This document shows positions 11,791 to 22,798 of a stretch of 64,000 nucleotides of DNA, piece by piece (position 1 is the first letter of the stretch; each line of letters starts with the position of its first letter). Location of the stretch: assembly GCA_973895155.1 (NCBI GenBank), contig OZ316899.1, positions 13,705,934-13,769,933 of the forward strand. Direction: 5' to 3'. A program made the position numbers and the translations under genes. This DNA comes from Marsupella aquatica (taxonomy: Eukaryota; Plantae; Marchantiophyta). The notes beneath the pieces are model-generated. The model searched no databases. It was not told the origin of the DNA and saw only the letters and a program-made list of their open reading frames with translations.

Positions 11791-14448
11791 TTTGAGAATA
11801 CAAAATGACCATCAACACCGTGAGGGTCAACTTCCTATTTATCATTAAGCAGACAAAGTAGGTTCTACTGCAAAGCGGTGAGTGTGGAAGAACGGAGGAT
11901 AAGTCACTTAGAGGGATTAGATTGACAGAAAGAAAGAGGGATAAGATGGATATATAAAACGACAAAGTCTTCTAGCCCAATAGACATGTGGAGACCGCCT
12001 CCAATGGACCAATTCCACAAGGGCCTTGCCCCATCCTGGCCATTTCTCGTGGAGATTGGCTTTTGCAAGGTCCATTGTTGCTTTCTCCAAGAATTTCGGG
12101 TGGGAAGGGATGTACCCTTTGCAGGCATGGATTCCAATTTTGGCGTAAGCACAAGAGAGCATGGGATTTGCACATGGCCATTTAAGCTTGTCCCTTTTAG
12201 AGCTTGTCCCTATCCCAGTTAATGTGCTAGGTCCATGTACGGTCGGGGCCAAGCCCACACTCCAATCCCTCTCCTCCAATTGATGGTTGGGCCGCACAGA
12301 CTCACTATTGACAACATTGGAGAAGCCCAGACTAGACCACCCAAGCCCTATAATTACGTAATAGGCTTGAAGCACTCAACAGCCCTTATGTATACTTTCG
12401 GGCAACCTACTTCAAAATTAACAGAGCGCTACACTGCCAACGACCAAATCCAGCAGTCTCCAATGGGGGCATTACTTCCCCATGGTCTCTAGTTAATTTG
12501 ATGGGCCCTGCAAACAAGTTCTAAATCTACAGCAACAGTCACAAAGCTGAAATGACAACTTACCTGAGAAACACACAATGCCCTGTACATTATCCTTTGA
12601 AAACAGAAGTGCAAAATACATGGACAGCAAGCACCAGGGAAGAATATTGCTTGGCTGTACCTTGGAGTCCAGATGGCAGATCCGCACAAGAGAGTGCTCG
12701 CAATCCCAGAATGCACCACGCAAATGCCTGAACAACATCATAGAGTTTTAGAACCATGGAACAACATCACGATAATGCTTATTATTCTTCAACTCACAAC
12801 TGTACATCAATCTATCCAGTACATTACTTGAGCAACTAGATGAAACCAAACCTTACCTTTGGTTTGCTAGACAAGCCAACTCATCATCCACAGGTCCATC
12901 ACCACTCGCAATCCTAGGAGGAAAAATGCCAGTGTGTTAGTTTCAAGTATCGGCAAGTCCATCAGCTCGTCAATTTTGATGGCATGCCTTGCAGATACTA
13001 TGATAGGATTGTCATCATAGTTTCTAACGTGAGAAACTCAGACTGCCTAACCCAAGGATGATATAAGAATTGAGAAACTAATGAACACATGATAAGTTAA
13101 TTCCAAAATTGATGTTGGATCAACACCAGATACGTTTTACAAAATGACCCATCCATGCGGTTGTGTAGGCCTAAATTCCATCTAGACCGTAAACGCTGTA
13201 CCTACATGTAGTATCACACTAGGGACATAAATAAACATTTAAGATCCAAAACTCGGTATTCGTTCCCATGGAAGAACATGTAAGGAATGATTTTCTATGA
13301 CTTAGCACTTATGAATGAATAAGATAACAAAAACACAAAGTTGAGCCTTTTATTATGATTGTTCAGCAAGGCATAGTTTTAAATGTCTGCTTGACATTGA
13401 AAATAAAATTAACAAAATGGAAACAATTAATAAAACACAATGAAAACCTTGAGGTATGATGAGGGAGTTAGGAAACAACCAAGGTGACTCCTCAACATAA
13501 CTTCATTTGATATGATTTAGGTGGTATATCCGCAAGAACATTTATGGAAAGGATTACGGTACTAGGATGATTACTAAAATGCCGTCAACATGTTTCAACT
13601 TTTCCTTCCAAGGTACTGAGTGGAGACTAGTAATCAATCACTTCTGTATCCAATCGGTACTTTGTGTCACAAATAAGAGACACCATCATAATCAAATTTG
13701 AAGCCATAAGTAATTGGTAAGTAACAATCTTTGCATCCCGTGCACAAGCAATGTCACGCCAAAAACTATGCATCAAGAACTAAGGAATATGTGAAACATC
13801 ACCAACAAGGAATCTATTTTCACATACTCAAAAGATTTAACAATCACAATAATTTTACTTCAAGGGTCCAAACTTCTCATTCATTTAGACTTGAAGGGGG
13901 AAGAATTCATTTGTATTAAGTACTCATATGCAATGGAGTGCTTGCTACAAATGGAGGTAACAAAGTTGCAATCTTGCAACTGAGCGCTCATGAAATTTTT
14001 TCACACAAAAAGTGGCAAAAACTCTACTACATATAGGGTGGCAGAAACTAAAGGGGAAAAGAGATAATGAAAGGACATGCCCTTTCATATCTTAAGGGTC
14101 ATAAACTAAAGTAAAAAGTATAAAAATATGCTATAAGAGTACTCAAGGTTCACTAGAATGTTGCTGAAATGAAAAACTAACCAAAAGTTATCCCTAGTGT
14201 AAACTGGAGTAAAAGTGTTTTTTGCACTTTTGTGGTAAAACTAATAAATAGTGAGTTTATCAGAATTTTAATTTCTAACATAAAAGTCAAAATGGGGTGA
14301 AACTTTCCTAGGTGGAAGATTTATATACATGCTTCATGCTCGAAAAATTTTAGACTTTTTTGAGGTGTCTAAGTGCCTTAATAAAATAGGTGAAAAGTGC
14401 TGTCGGATATAAAATATACTATTCCGGAAATTTTTCTAAGTGTTGGAA

Positions 14449-14500
14449 GCGCCGTTGCGCCTTTGCGCTTTGGAGCATTAGCGCCGTTGCGCCTTTGCGC
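14449..14500. repeat. GCCGTTGC-type 8-mer array (20-mer GCGCCGTTGCGCCTTTGCGC twice)
   Basis: Direct reading. Confidence 0.85.
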
Positions 14501-14659
14501 ACTCACGCTTTTTACAAAACTAAAAATGCCGATACTTTCAGGGTATGGTCTGCTACATAAGGGCTATCCCCTGAAAAAGTATGAGACTTTTCTAACTATG
14601 ATAACTATTTAACAAAAATGATGGAGATTGACTAATCCTGACTCGAAGGATGAAGTAGG

Positions 14660-17282
14660 TCAATCCTCCTGAAGTAGTGCTGACTGGTCCGGTTGTTGAA
14701 CTCTCCTGAATGTCTCAGTTCGAATCACCTCTCGAAGGAAATCCATAACTTGCGTATCATGTCGAGCGAATGGAAGAGACCTGATTTGTCGTTCAACATT
14801 TAGAATGGGAAGTAGTCTCCTGTGAAACATAGTGTTCACCTTGCTAGCTTGCATATAGATGCCGACCAAATCATAACTACAACAAGTAGTATGGTAGTTG
14901 CGTGGAAACTTGTTGATGAAGGTGTCAGAGTCCTTGGCAAGTGATAGAAGTGGGATGACATGAGGTAACAGTTCTCGCCATTTCAAGGTGTAATCAGTCA
15001 ATCGCTGGGAAGTAATGTTGTTCCAGATTCTCTGACTCTCAGCAACTGGTGAGATAAATTGTTGAACAATAAAAGGTTTCTCTGGTAGGACACCATGGTC
15101 GACCTGATATCGTTTGTTGGTTTGTTTGTTTCAAAAAGTTGATGATGAATTCCAAAACATAGGCAGGTAAGTTCCCGAAGTATGCCAGGGCCAGATCTCC
15201 ATTCTCCAATACAATGTGTCCAACCAAGATTATGACAGCAAGAATAGGGCGAAAATATTTAGCCTCTGTCCAGATCTCATCCATCTCTGCTATCTCTAGG
15301 CGGGTGACATCCTTCAAATGAAGCTTCAGGATATAGAGACATTCAACTCTCTTCTTATGATAGTACTGCCAAAACTCAAAAATGGGAGAGTTCTAAGGTC
15401 TAAAACTCTAACAAACTCAACAAATTGTGTAATATTCTCCTGAGGGGTCTTAGGGTCAATATGCAGTGTAGGGATGAAATTGACCTGGCAGGATTTATCT
15501 TGACCTGGTGGAAGGGTGTCAGGATAAGAAGTGGTAAGATGTTCACCTGTAGGGGTGATCTCAGGTTCTGGAAAACTAGGATAGAGCTGGTCTGGTTGAT
15601 TCGAAGGACTGTAAGGAGAGTTGGGTGAATGACTGGAAGAAGGGGAAGAATAGTAAATGGGAGAGCCAGAGGCTGAGGTATGATAACGGACGGCATAATA
15701 GACTTGCTTCGGGTTGCATCCAAAAATCTGTGTAAGCCTGTGGACTAAATCCTCACAATATTCTCGATGATGATCTCGGGTAAGTAAAGCTGATGTCTTA
15801 TGCAGAAGATCATCCAAGACATCAATTAAGTGTCTCTCATCACACTCCAGCATGTTAGTCATTTTATTAACAAGAGTAGAATGGTGTTCAGCAGAGTGAC
15901 CTGGGGAAGCAGATAGTGTCTGTTGGAGCTCTAACCTGGGTGATGCATCATTTTCCTCCATTGGTTCAGCTTCAGCAATATTTGTAACCCTAATATTGGA
16001 GGTGGGTCGAAATAGCTCCATCATCTCAGGATAGAACTGAGTAGGACCTTGGGTTGGAGAGTATGGAGAGTCGGGACTACTAGGTTCAGGCAGAGTTACA
16101 AAGGCTGCTCTTAACTTCTCAATAGAGTCAACTATCTCCTCAGGTTCACAGATCAATAAGTTGCTTAACTTATCAATAATTTGCTGATTAGATTCTACTC
16201 TCAGTTCATCAGCCGTTGGTTTGTTGAACATGAAGGGTCTCTTACGGGATCTCATAGAAGGGGTCAAGCTGTCTACAGATAAATTCTGAGTTGGGACTGT
16301 GGGTGATCGAAGAGTATTAGGGATAGATATGTCAACTACAGGTACAGAAGGTGGGGACGTTCCTACTGGTTCTGGTTTGGATGTATACTCATCAAGATTG
16401 GAATTGAGGGGGGTGTAAAGTCTTCTATCCTGATTGAGATCTTCGAAAGGGGATAGTGGGTTATCAGGAATTGGTGAAGAGGTTCTTCTGGGTTCCACAA
16501 GTGGTTCTCTATGGGTAAGAGGGGTAACCTCTGAACAGATAGGTGGGGGAACCTCCGGTTGGACTTCATCAGCATCTTCTCCTTCAGTATCCTCGTTTCC
16601 TGATTCACTAAGATCAAATTCATCAAGCAGTCTGATCCGCTCCTCTTGTTCGCCTGGAAGTAAGCAATTCCCATGAAAGTACAATTGGCAAAGATAAGAA
16701 GGGAGAGTAGTGAACTCGTCCATTTTCACCTTCTTTGCTTGAGATAAAATAACCTGTCTTAGCAACAAGGCCCAATTTATCTGAGCAACTCCCTTCCAAC
16801 TTGCCACAATAGTATTGGCAAGTGACATAGGTATCATATGTGGTCGAATGGGATGGAGAATTGGAATCAAAAACTCTAAAATGATTTTAAGAGTATAATC
16901 AGTGCACTGGTCCATTTTCCATCCATGGCGAACGTTTTGAGTTCCAGAAAAATAAGGCCTCGCAATCTCCCCTTGTCGTGAGTGTAAGCTGTCGCCTTCG
17001 GCGGGACAGTCAAAAGCATCAGCAACAAATTGCAGAGTCCAGAATTCTGGATTCGCCCGACAGTTCCCACCATACCGACTTCAATTCGTGCCCCATCACT
17101 GAAATCCTTCAGAAACTCAATGAAGTTGCAGACCAAGGCAGAGTGAGTAATTTACTCAGGTGCATGACTGCCAGTGCTTCCTTCAAAATGTGCAAGCTTC
17201 TTTTCATCATAGGGTATGTCACAGGGACGGCCTTAGGTAGAGGAACTCCTCTCGCAGTCATCTCTCCCCCTTCGTCTGCCAT
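14660..17282 (-). pseudogene. TE-associated gene with N-terminal PMD/Transposase_32-like (LPW) domain and Pro/Ser-rich middle
   Basis: Chained ORFs 17109-17297, 16876-17136, 15326-16915, 15039-15317, 14660-15001; LLTLPW, C-x7-LEFLIPILHP, INWA motifs parallel the solo-LTR ORF. Confidence 0.65.
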
Positions 17283-17345
17283 AGTAACAAGAAACAAGGT
17301 GTTGTCACCAACTATCGATCCAAAGAGAGCAATGCCAAGTGATCC

Positions 17346-17469
17346 GCCGTTGCGCTTTCGCTCTGTTGTGCCTTTGCTCCGTTGCGCTGTTGCGCTTTTC
17401 CGCCGATGCGCCGTTGCGTTGTTGCTCCAAAATGCCGTTGCGCTGTTGCGCCAAAACGCTCTTTGCGCC
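17346..17469. repeat. Degenerate GCCGTTGC/GCTGTTGC/GCCTTTGC 8-mer array upstream of the gene
   Basis: About 14 degenerate units, same orientation as the 14449 array. Confidence 0.85.
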
Positions 17470-17724
17470 CACGGTCAAACGTGGCAGCACCAATCTTCCT
17501 TCCGTGCTTCGAGAACATCGATAGTAGTTTCTTCTGGCTCGTCTCACCCCTACCTAATTACTCAGGGTATTATCCATTAATCCGCCTAACTTAAGTCTTA
17601 ACCTTACTTATATCTAAAAGTAGATTAATTGGCTATGTTTAATCTATTTCTAACTACAAAATTTTTAAAAGTTTTCATTATTTCTAAGTTTCTAATTTAG
17701 ACAGCTATTACACTACACACGTAC

Positions 17725-18123
17725 CTAGTGACCGTCATTAAGCTCTACCTCTCCTAACACAAAGGGGTCAGTGTTCCAAAGCTGGCACACTTTCCACCAA
17801 CACTTCCTAGCAAACACATCATTGTCCTTCACATCTTCATCAGGATGTACATCGCATGCAGGACATCTTGCATTCAGAGCATGGATGCAACCTGCAGCAA
17901 TAGTGTATTGTACGCCTTCTACCTCAAGCGTGAAAAGAATGGACATAGGGTTCATATAATTTTCCCACATAGACACCCGAATCATCCTAGGGGGAGGAGC
18001 AGCCCCAAAAAGGATGGTAACAGGTAACTCCGTTCGGAACAACCCTAAAGCCCTCAATTTATGACGAAACCTTACTGCCTTCTCGTAAAGAAGACCTACT
18101 GATTGGCTTTGAGTGATTACCAT
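17725..18123 (-). CDS. 132-aa uncharacterised Cys/His protein (paralog 1)
   Basis: Intact ATG-to-stop ORF in a terminal exon (acceptor at 18211); co-linear similarity to 57750-58199. Confidence 0.7.
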   Translation of the reverse strand: MVITQSQSVGLLYEKAVRFRHKLRALGLFRTELPVTILFGAAPPPRMIRVSMWENYMNPMSILFTLEVEGVQYTIAAGCIHALNARCPACDVHPDEDVKDNDVFARKCWWKVCQLWNTDPFVLGEVELNDGH

Positions 18124-19019
18124 TGCTGTACCCCTGTGTTACCTCGGTGACAGAAGACTCTTTGACTGTAAACTTCAATTCACAACTTGCACAACGCCGA
18201 GTCCAACCACCTGCACACATCAGATGTATTTGAGTCATTAAACCCAAAATGTAAGCACATGCAATAAATCAGTTAGCTATAGACAAAGATAATATGGAAG
18301 ACCAAAAACCAGCACCGAGAGAATGTAAATGAATTACCAAGGTCTCACGGCTGACTTTTCCAAAAGTCAAAGCTCACTCCGCTATGTAATCCTCAACCAA
18401 GAACTCTTCTGCCGCAAGCAATAAATACCAGATTGTTATGAGTTAAAGCTAACCCTAGATTTAACCCTAAGTACATAGGTAAGGAGCGGTTATAGAACCA
18501 CCTTCCTATAACGTCACATGTGTATCTAAAATTGATATCATTAGTAAATGTTGGAGGTTGGAGTATCTTTTGGCTATGGTATCCTCCTTGTAACACGTTA
18601 TCAACACGTCTCATTTTTTTTTAACAATAGATGTAGGCCACAAAAAAGAGGAAGGATTGATGTGACGCCGCCGGTACGGCGGTTAATGAGTGATTCGGTC
18701 TAACTGCGCTCGGCACGCGCGTTAGGAGTGTCTTAGGCCGCTATTATTAGCATAACGACAGTATTTAGGTAATCATTATGGGTAGGATATCATTAGGCAA
18801 TAAGGGGGAATTCAAGTTCGGACTGGCGGCTGGTCGCTATTCGCACACCCGGGTTACGAGCGTGGAGGGGCCCCTCCCTCGGGTCTGTATAACGAACTTA
18901 AGGAAGCGACCACTGACACGCGCTGACTCAGACCGGCGGAGTGGCCGGCACACCACAAGCGTGAGCGGTTCAGCCTATGGGCGTCGAGGGGACATCGGGG
19001 GATCGACAAGCCCTCAAGG

Positions 19020-19026
19020 TATAAAA
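19020..19026 (+). promoter_or_regulatory. TATA box of LTR B
   Basis: TATAAAA ~100 bp before ATG 19128; conserved in copy 2 (~46333-46339, minus strand). Confidence 0.65.
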
Positions 19027-19127
19027 GGGGAGCCAACCCTTTGTAGTGCACCAGTCCATCAGTCCACGCGCCAGCTTCGACCCTAGCTCTCTCATTCGCT
19101 CTAAGTCGCCACTACTATCTCCTCTGA

Positions 19128-21764
19128 ATGTCGCACATGATCCTCTCCAGATCGGCCATTCGATTCTGGACGCAGTTCCTATCTACCGGAAGGCACTTGG
19201 CCGACTCATTGAAACATGCCAACCCGCGCCGATACGAAATCGAACGCGAGTACGAGAGAGCCATCCGCCTAGCAGGATGACACCACTACATCCTTAACTT
19301 TGACTACCCGTCTCAGAGCGAGCTTTATCGACCAGCAGAGGTATCCGGGTACTTCTTCAACGAAGACAAATATATCGGGTTCTGGGAAGCATTGCTTCGG
19401 CTTCCGGACGAGGTCTTCAATATCCCGGGTACGATCGACTTGCAACGACATCACTTTGACCACATCCCTGCTCAGGTTTGGGCTATCATCAACAGCGAGT
19501 CCAGCTCTACCCGTTTGACAAGGTCGTCTGCACTCGCTTTGGAGAACTTCTACCAGCACCTACAGAGCTTCATAGGAACTCGGCCAGCAACCAACATGAC
19601 CAACTCAGTCGTACCCGTACCCGTACCCATACAACCTCAGGCTCAGCTTCAGCTTCAGCCTCAGCCGCAGCCTAGCCAAACCCCACCACCGATCGCCCAG
19701 CCAGCACAAGTACGCTCTGTCATCAACGCTGTGGATCTTAGCGATGACGACGAGGCTACCCTACCTTTGACCAGGCGGCCCAGAGGAACAAGCGCTCAGG
19801 GGGCCGACACTATATCGTCCCCACCCCCTGCTCTGACCCCAGGAGCGGCCCCGGCAGACAACATGGTGACCGTGGCCGACCCGGGCCCGTTACTAACGGT
19901 AGTGGCACTACCCAGGCCCGATCGGGAGGATGGGGAGGTGTCACCTTCCCCGAGCCAGTCACGGGGGAAGAAGAGGAAGGAATCCGCCACTGCATCCGGG
20001 TTACCGTTGGCCACGGTAGCCGTGGCCAAGGTGACGATGCACCGCATGGGGGAAAACGTTCACAAAAACATCCTCCATCCCAAGCATGCGGTGTACCTGA
20101 AGACTCAGGGATTCGAGCACCTCGCCTCCCTCCCCTGGAACACTTGCAGGTACTACGGGGAGGACATGACGGAGTTCGTCAGGAATTATGATGATGCGCG
20201 TCAACATACTCGGCTGCGGGGAAGGAGTATGTCCCTCACGGAAGAACGGCTCAGGATGATCTTCGGGTTACCCGAAGGTGACCATCGAGTCGAATCACGG
20301 GCTCTCGGGGGCAAGGGAGCCAAGTACCAATCTTCAAGTTTTCCCTCAGAGGGAGCAGTGGACAACGCGTTTGTGATGAAGACCTGCCTCATCCCCGAGA
20401 TAGCTGAGCGACTGGAGTTCCAGAGGTACGCCCTCCACATGATGGAACCACGGGGGGAGATCTCCGCCGCCCAGGTTATCCAAGTCGAGAACTATCGACC
20501 TAGGAGGTGGGCGTCGTACTTCGCTAAGAAATTCCATGAAGAGATGGAGCAGCGAAGGAAGACGCTGTACATTGGCGGGAAGGCATATTTCGCTAGCCAC
20601 ATCGAGATCATTCTTGAGTGGTATGCCCGGTTTGATCGACGAACCCTTCCCCGTGTCAACGTTACAAAGCTGGTCCCAGCTAGGTGGGTTTTCCCGGCCT
20701 TGGAGAGACGGCCCCAACCCGAGGCCCGAAGTCCAGCGGACATGCCAGCTTCATCCACCCCACCTCCACAAGTAGCTGTAGTCGTAACCGAAGAGGTACC
20801 GGATGGGTCGGTCATCGCAACCGTTGATGTGACCCAACAAGCCGGGCTAAGTACAGAAGTCGGTACGACGGAGGTCTTACCCGAGCCAGGGTCTCCCAAA
20901 GACCCACCGGTGGCTATTCCGGAGAACCGGACATTGCTGTAGGAGGACACTCCAGCCCCTTCCAATGTTACGTCCCCAGGGCTGGACGTCACTGCCTCGG
21001 CCCCCGCGCGTGTTGATGTCTGCCCGTGCCCAACTCCGGACAGGCACAACCTGGACCACCCGGAACTCTTCGTACCGGGTACATTTCTGAACGGGCTTCT
21101 GGGAGATTTCTCTCATCAAATTGCCCGGGATACCGGGGAGTTCATGGCCCGGAAGGTAGCCTATTTCTTCAATCAGGAGTTGGTTGCCGCAGTAAAGGCA
21201 GGTCGGGCCCAGTCAGAGGCCCTTCAGAGGATAGAGCGGTACCGAGTGGAGTCCGTGTACCTAAAGAACGAAGTTGCAGCTCAAGAGGCTGAGCTTCTGC
21301 AACTACGACCCAAGGTTGCAGCCGCCGATGAGTTGTTAGCAAAGGCGCACGCTCTTACCGCCCTAGCCGAACAGGCCAAAGCTGGGAACGAGGCCGAGAT
21401 TACACGACTCCGGAACCAGATTGACAGTTTGAAGAATCAAACTGTCACCTGGCAGAAAGACCTGGAGGAGGCCGAGGAACGGGCCCAACGGGACACGGCG
21501 GAGATAGCCACGCTGCAGGCCAAGGTGGCGCGGCTCCAAACCGAGGCCGAGAAGCAGGACCAGCTGGCGGGTAAACTGACAAGTGACGCCCAACAGCTGG
21601 AGGAGGCTTGTCAGGAGGCAGCAGAGGAGACGGACGCGGCGAGGTGAGAGAACGAATCTCTGCTGGACCAGGTCCAGCTCCTCAAGGCAGACAATGACAG
21701 GCTTCGAAGGCAGCGGGATGGCCGCTCCCATTCGGGCGGCTCTGGCAAGCGTTCCAGGCATTAG
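19128..21764 (+). pseudogene. LTR-embedded 878-codon gene (PMD-like domain + coiled coil), three point stops
   Basis: Single frame from MSHMILSRS to KRSRH*; stops at 19278, 20940 and 21645 are each sense codons in another copy. Confidence 0.85.
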
Positions 21765-22798
21765 CAGCGGAGTAGGAATAGATTAGGATTAGGACTGGCT
21801 TAGTCAGGCTCTTGGGACAGGCACCTGCCTTAGGTACAGCAGCGCTGCCGTGCTGTCCAGCCTGCGTAGATTAGGATCTTCTAATAAGACACAGTCGTTT
21901 TCCGGCCTGACTGTCAGCTTAGTTAGGACCTTAGTCAGCGAATCTTCGGCGAGAGGACACCCCATCCCTCATCCCTTAGTATTTAGTGCACCCCTCGGTA
22001 GAGGCAGGGGGGTTTTTAGTTGCAGAGTTGGGCGTCCGCGGTATGTGCGGGGAGTCCCGACCTCTGGGAATGAAAGAGTACCAAGGGGAGGGGGTAGGAC
22101 TAAGCTCGCCGGGTGAGTGCGGAGCCGGGCTCCGTTGTAGTGTGCACCCTCGGCCTTGAACCTGTCGGGTCAACTAAGTGTATGCATATGTTCCCTTTGT
22201 AGTAAAATCCTTTCCCATCATTTTCCTTCGTGTAAATCGAGATTGTATGCATGTGCGTGTGTATGTGTGTGGGTTTCTCGTATATGGGTGGCAGCGCCAG
22301 GCCGAACGCACTACCCGAGACGTGCACAGGGTGCAGCCTGCGGGTAAGTGGTTGCGAGCACGGGTTGAGGACCTGTATCATCGAATCCGGATCGAAGGCG
22401 GACAGCACGAAGGCTTAGAAGCCCTTAAGGCGGGGTCGATCCTGCTATCGACTAAGGTACGTTCCGGCGGCGGAACACAAACCATACCTAGGAGGTGTCC
22501 ATATTTAGCAGTATGCGCACTTAGCGCTAGTTTACAAGAATAAGGTGCATTACGTGCTTCCCTTCCTGCCCGAACCCTCAGATTTACGAGGGATGTGCCC
22601 GTCTAAGCTAAAGTTTGAGTTAAGGCCGCAGCCGATGACGTGACAATTGAAATCGGAAGAATTTCCATTCAATCAAAGAATGAATCGCACGAATTGAAAC
22701 AGCAAAAGTTGCACACAAAATATTGAAGAATATACATTAGGATACTCTCAGATTGAGCGGCAAAGAAATTGAAGGTGACTACATCGATAGAGGCAACA

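Larger units (their letters stand above)
18661..22645 (+). mobile_element. Giant solo LTR, family B copy 1 (3985 bp), in the Copia 1 5' UTR
   Basis: TGTGAC...GTGACA termini, 5-bp TSD ATTGA, no gag/pol, two further copies in the window. Confidence 0.9.

Noticed and set aside
14441-14449. TGTTGG as the start of another ORF-bearing solo LTR
   Set aside because: No matching CA end followed by a CTAAG TSD was found near 17.5-17.8 kb.
14532-14582. Imperfect inverted repeat ATACTTTCAGGG/CCCTGAAAAAGTAT as an element end
   Set aside because: Short, with no counterpart at the 5951 boundary.
16978-17594. Arg/Cys/Ala-rich ORFs, and the many short antisense ORFs in the track
   Set aside because: Translations of the 8-mer array or shadows of TE coding strands; no independent coding signal.
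17711-17730. CACTAC as a CACTA terminus
   Set aside because: No subterminal repeats, matching end or TSD found.
21780-21795. TTAGGATTAGG as telomeric repeat
   Set aside because: Only two imperfect units, inside LTRs.
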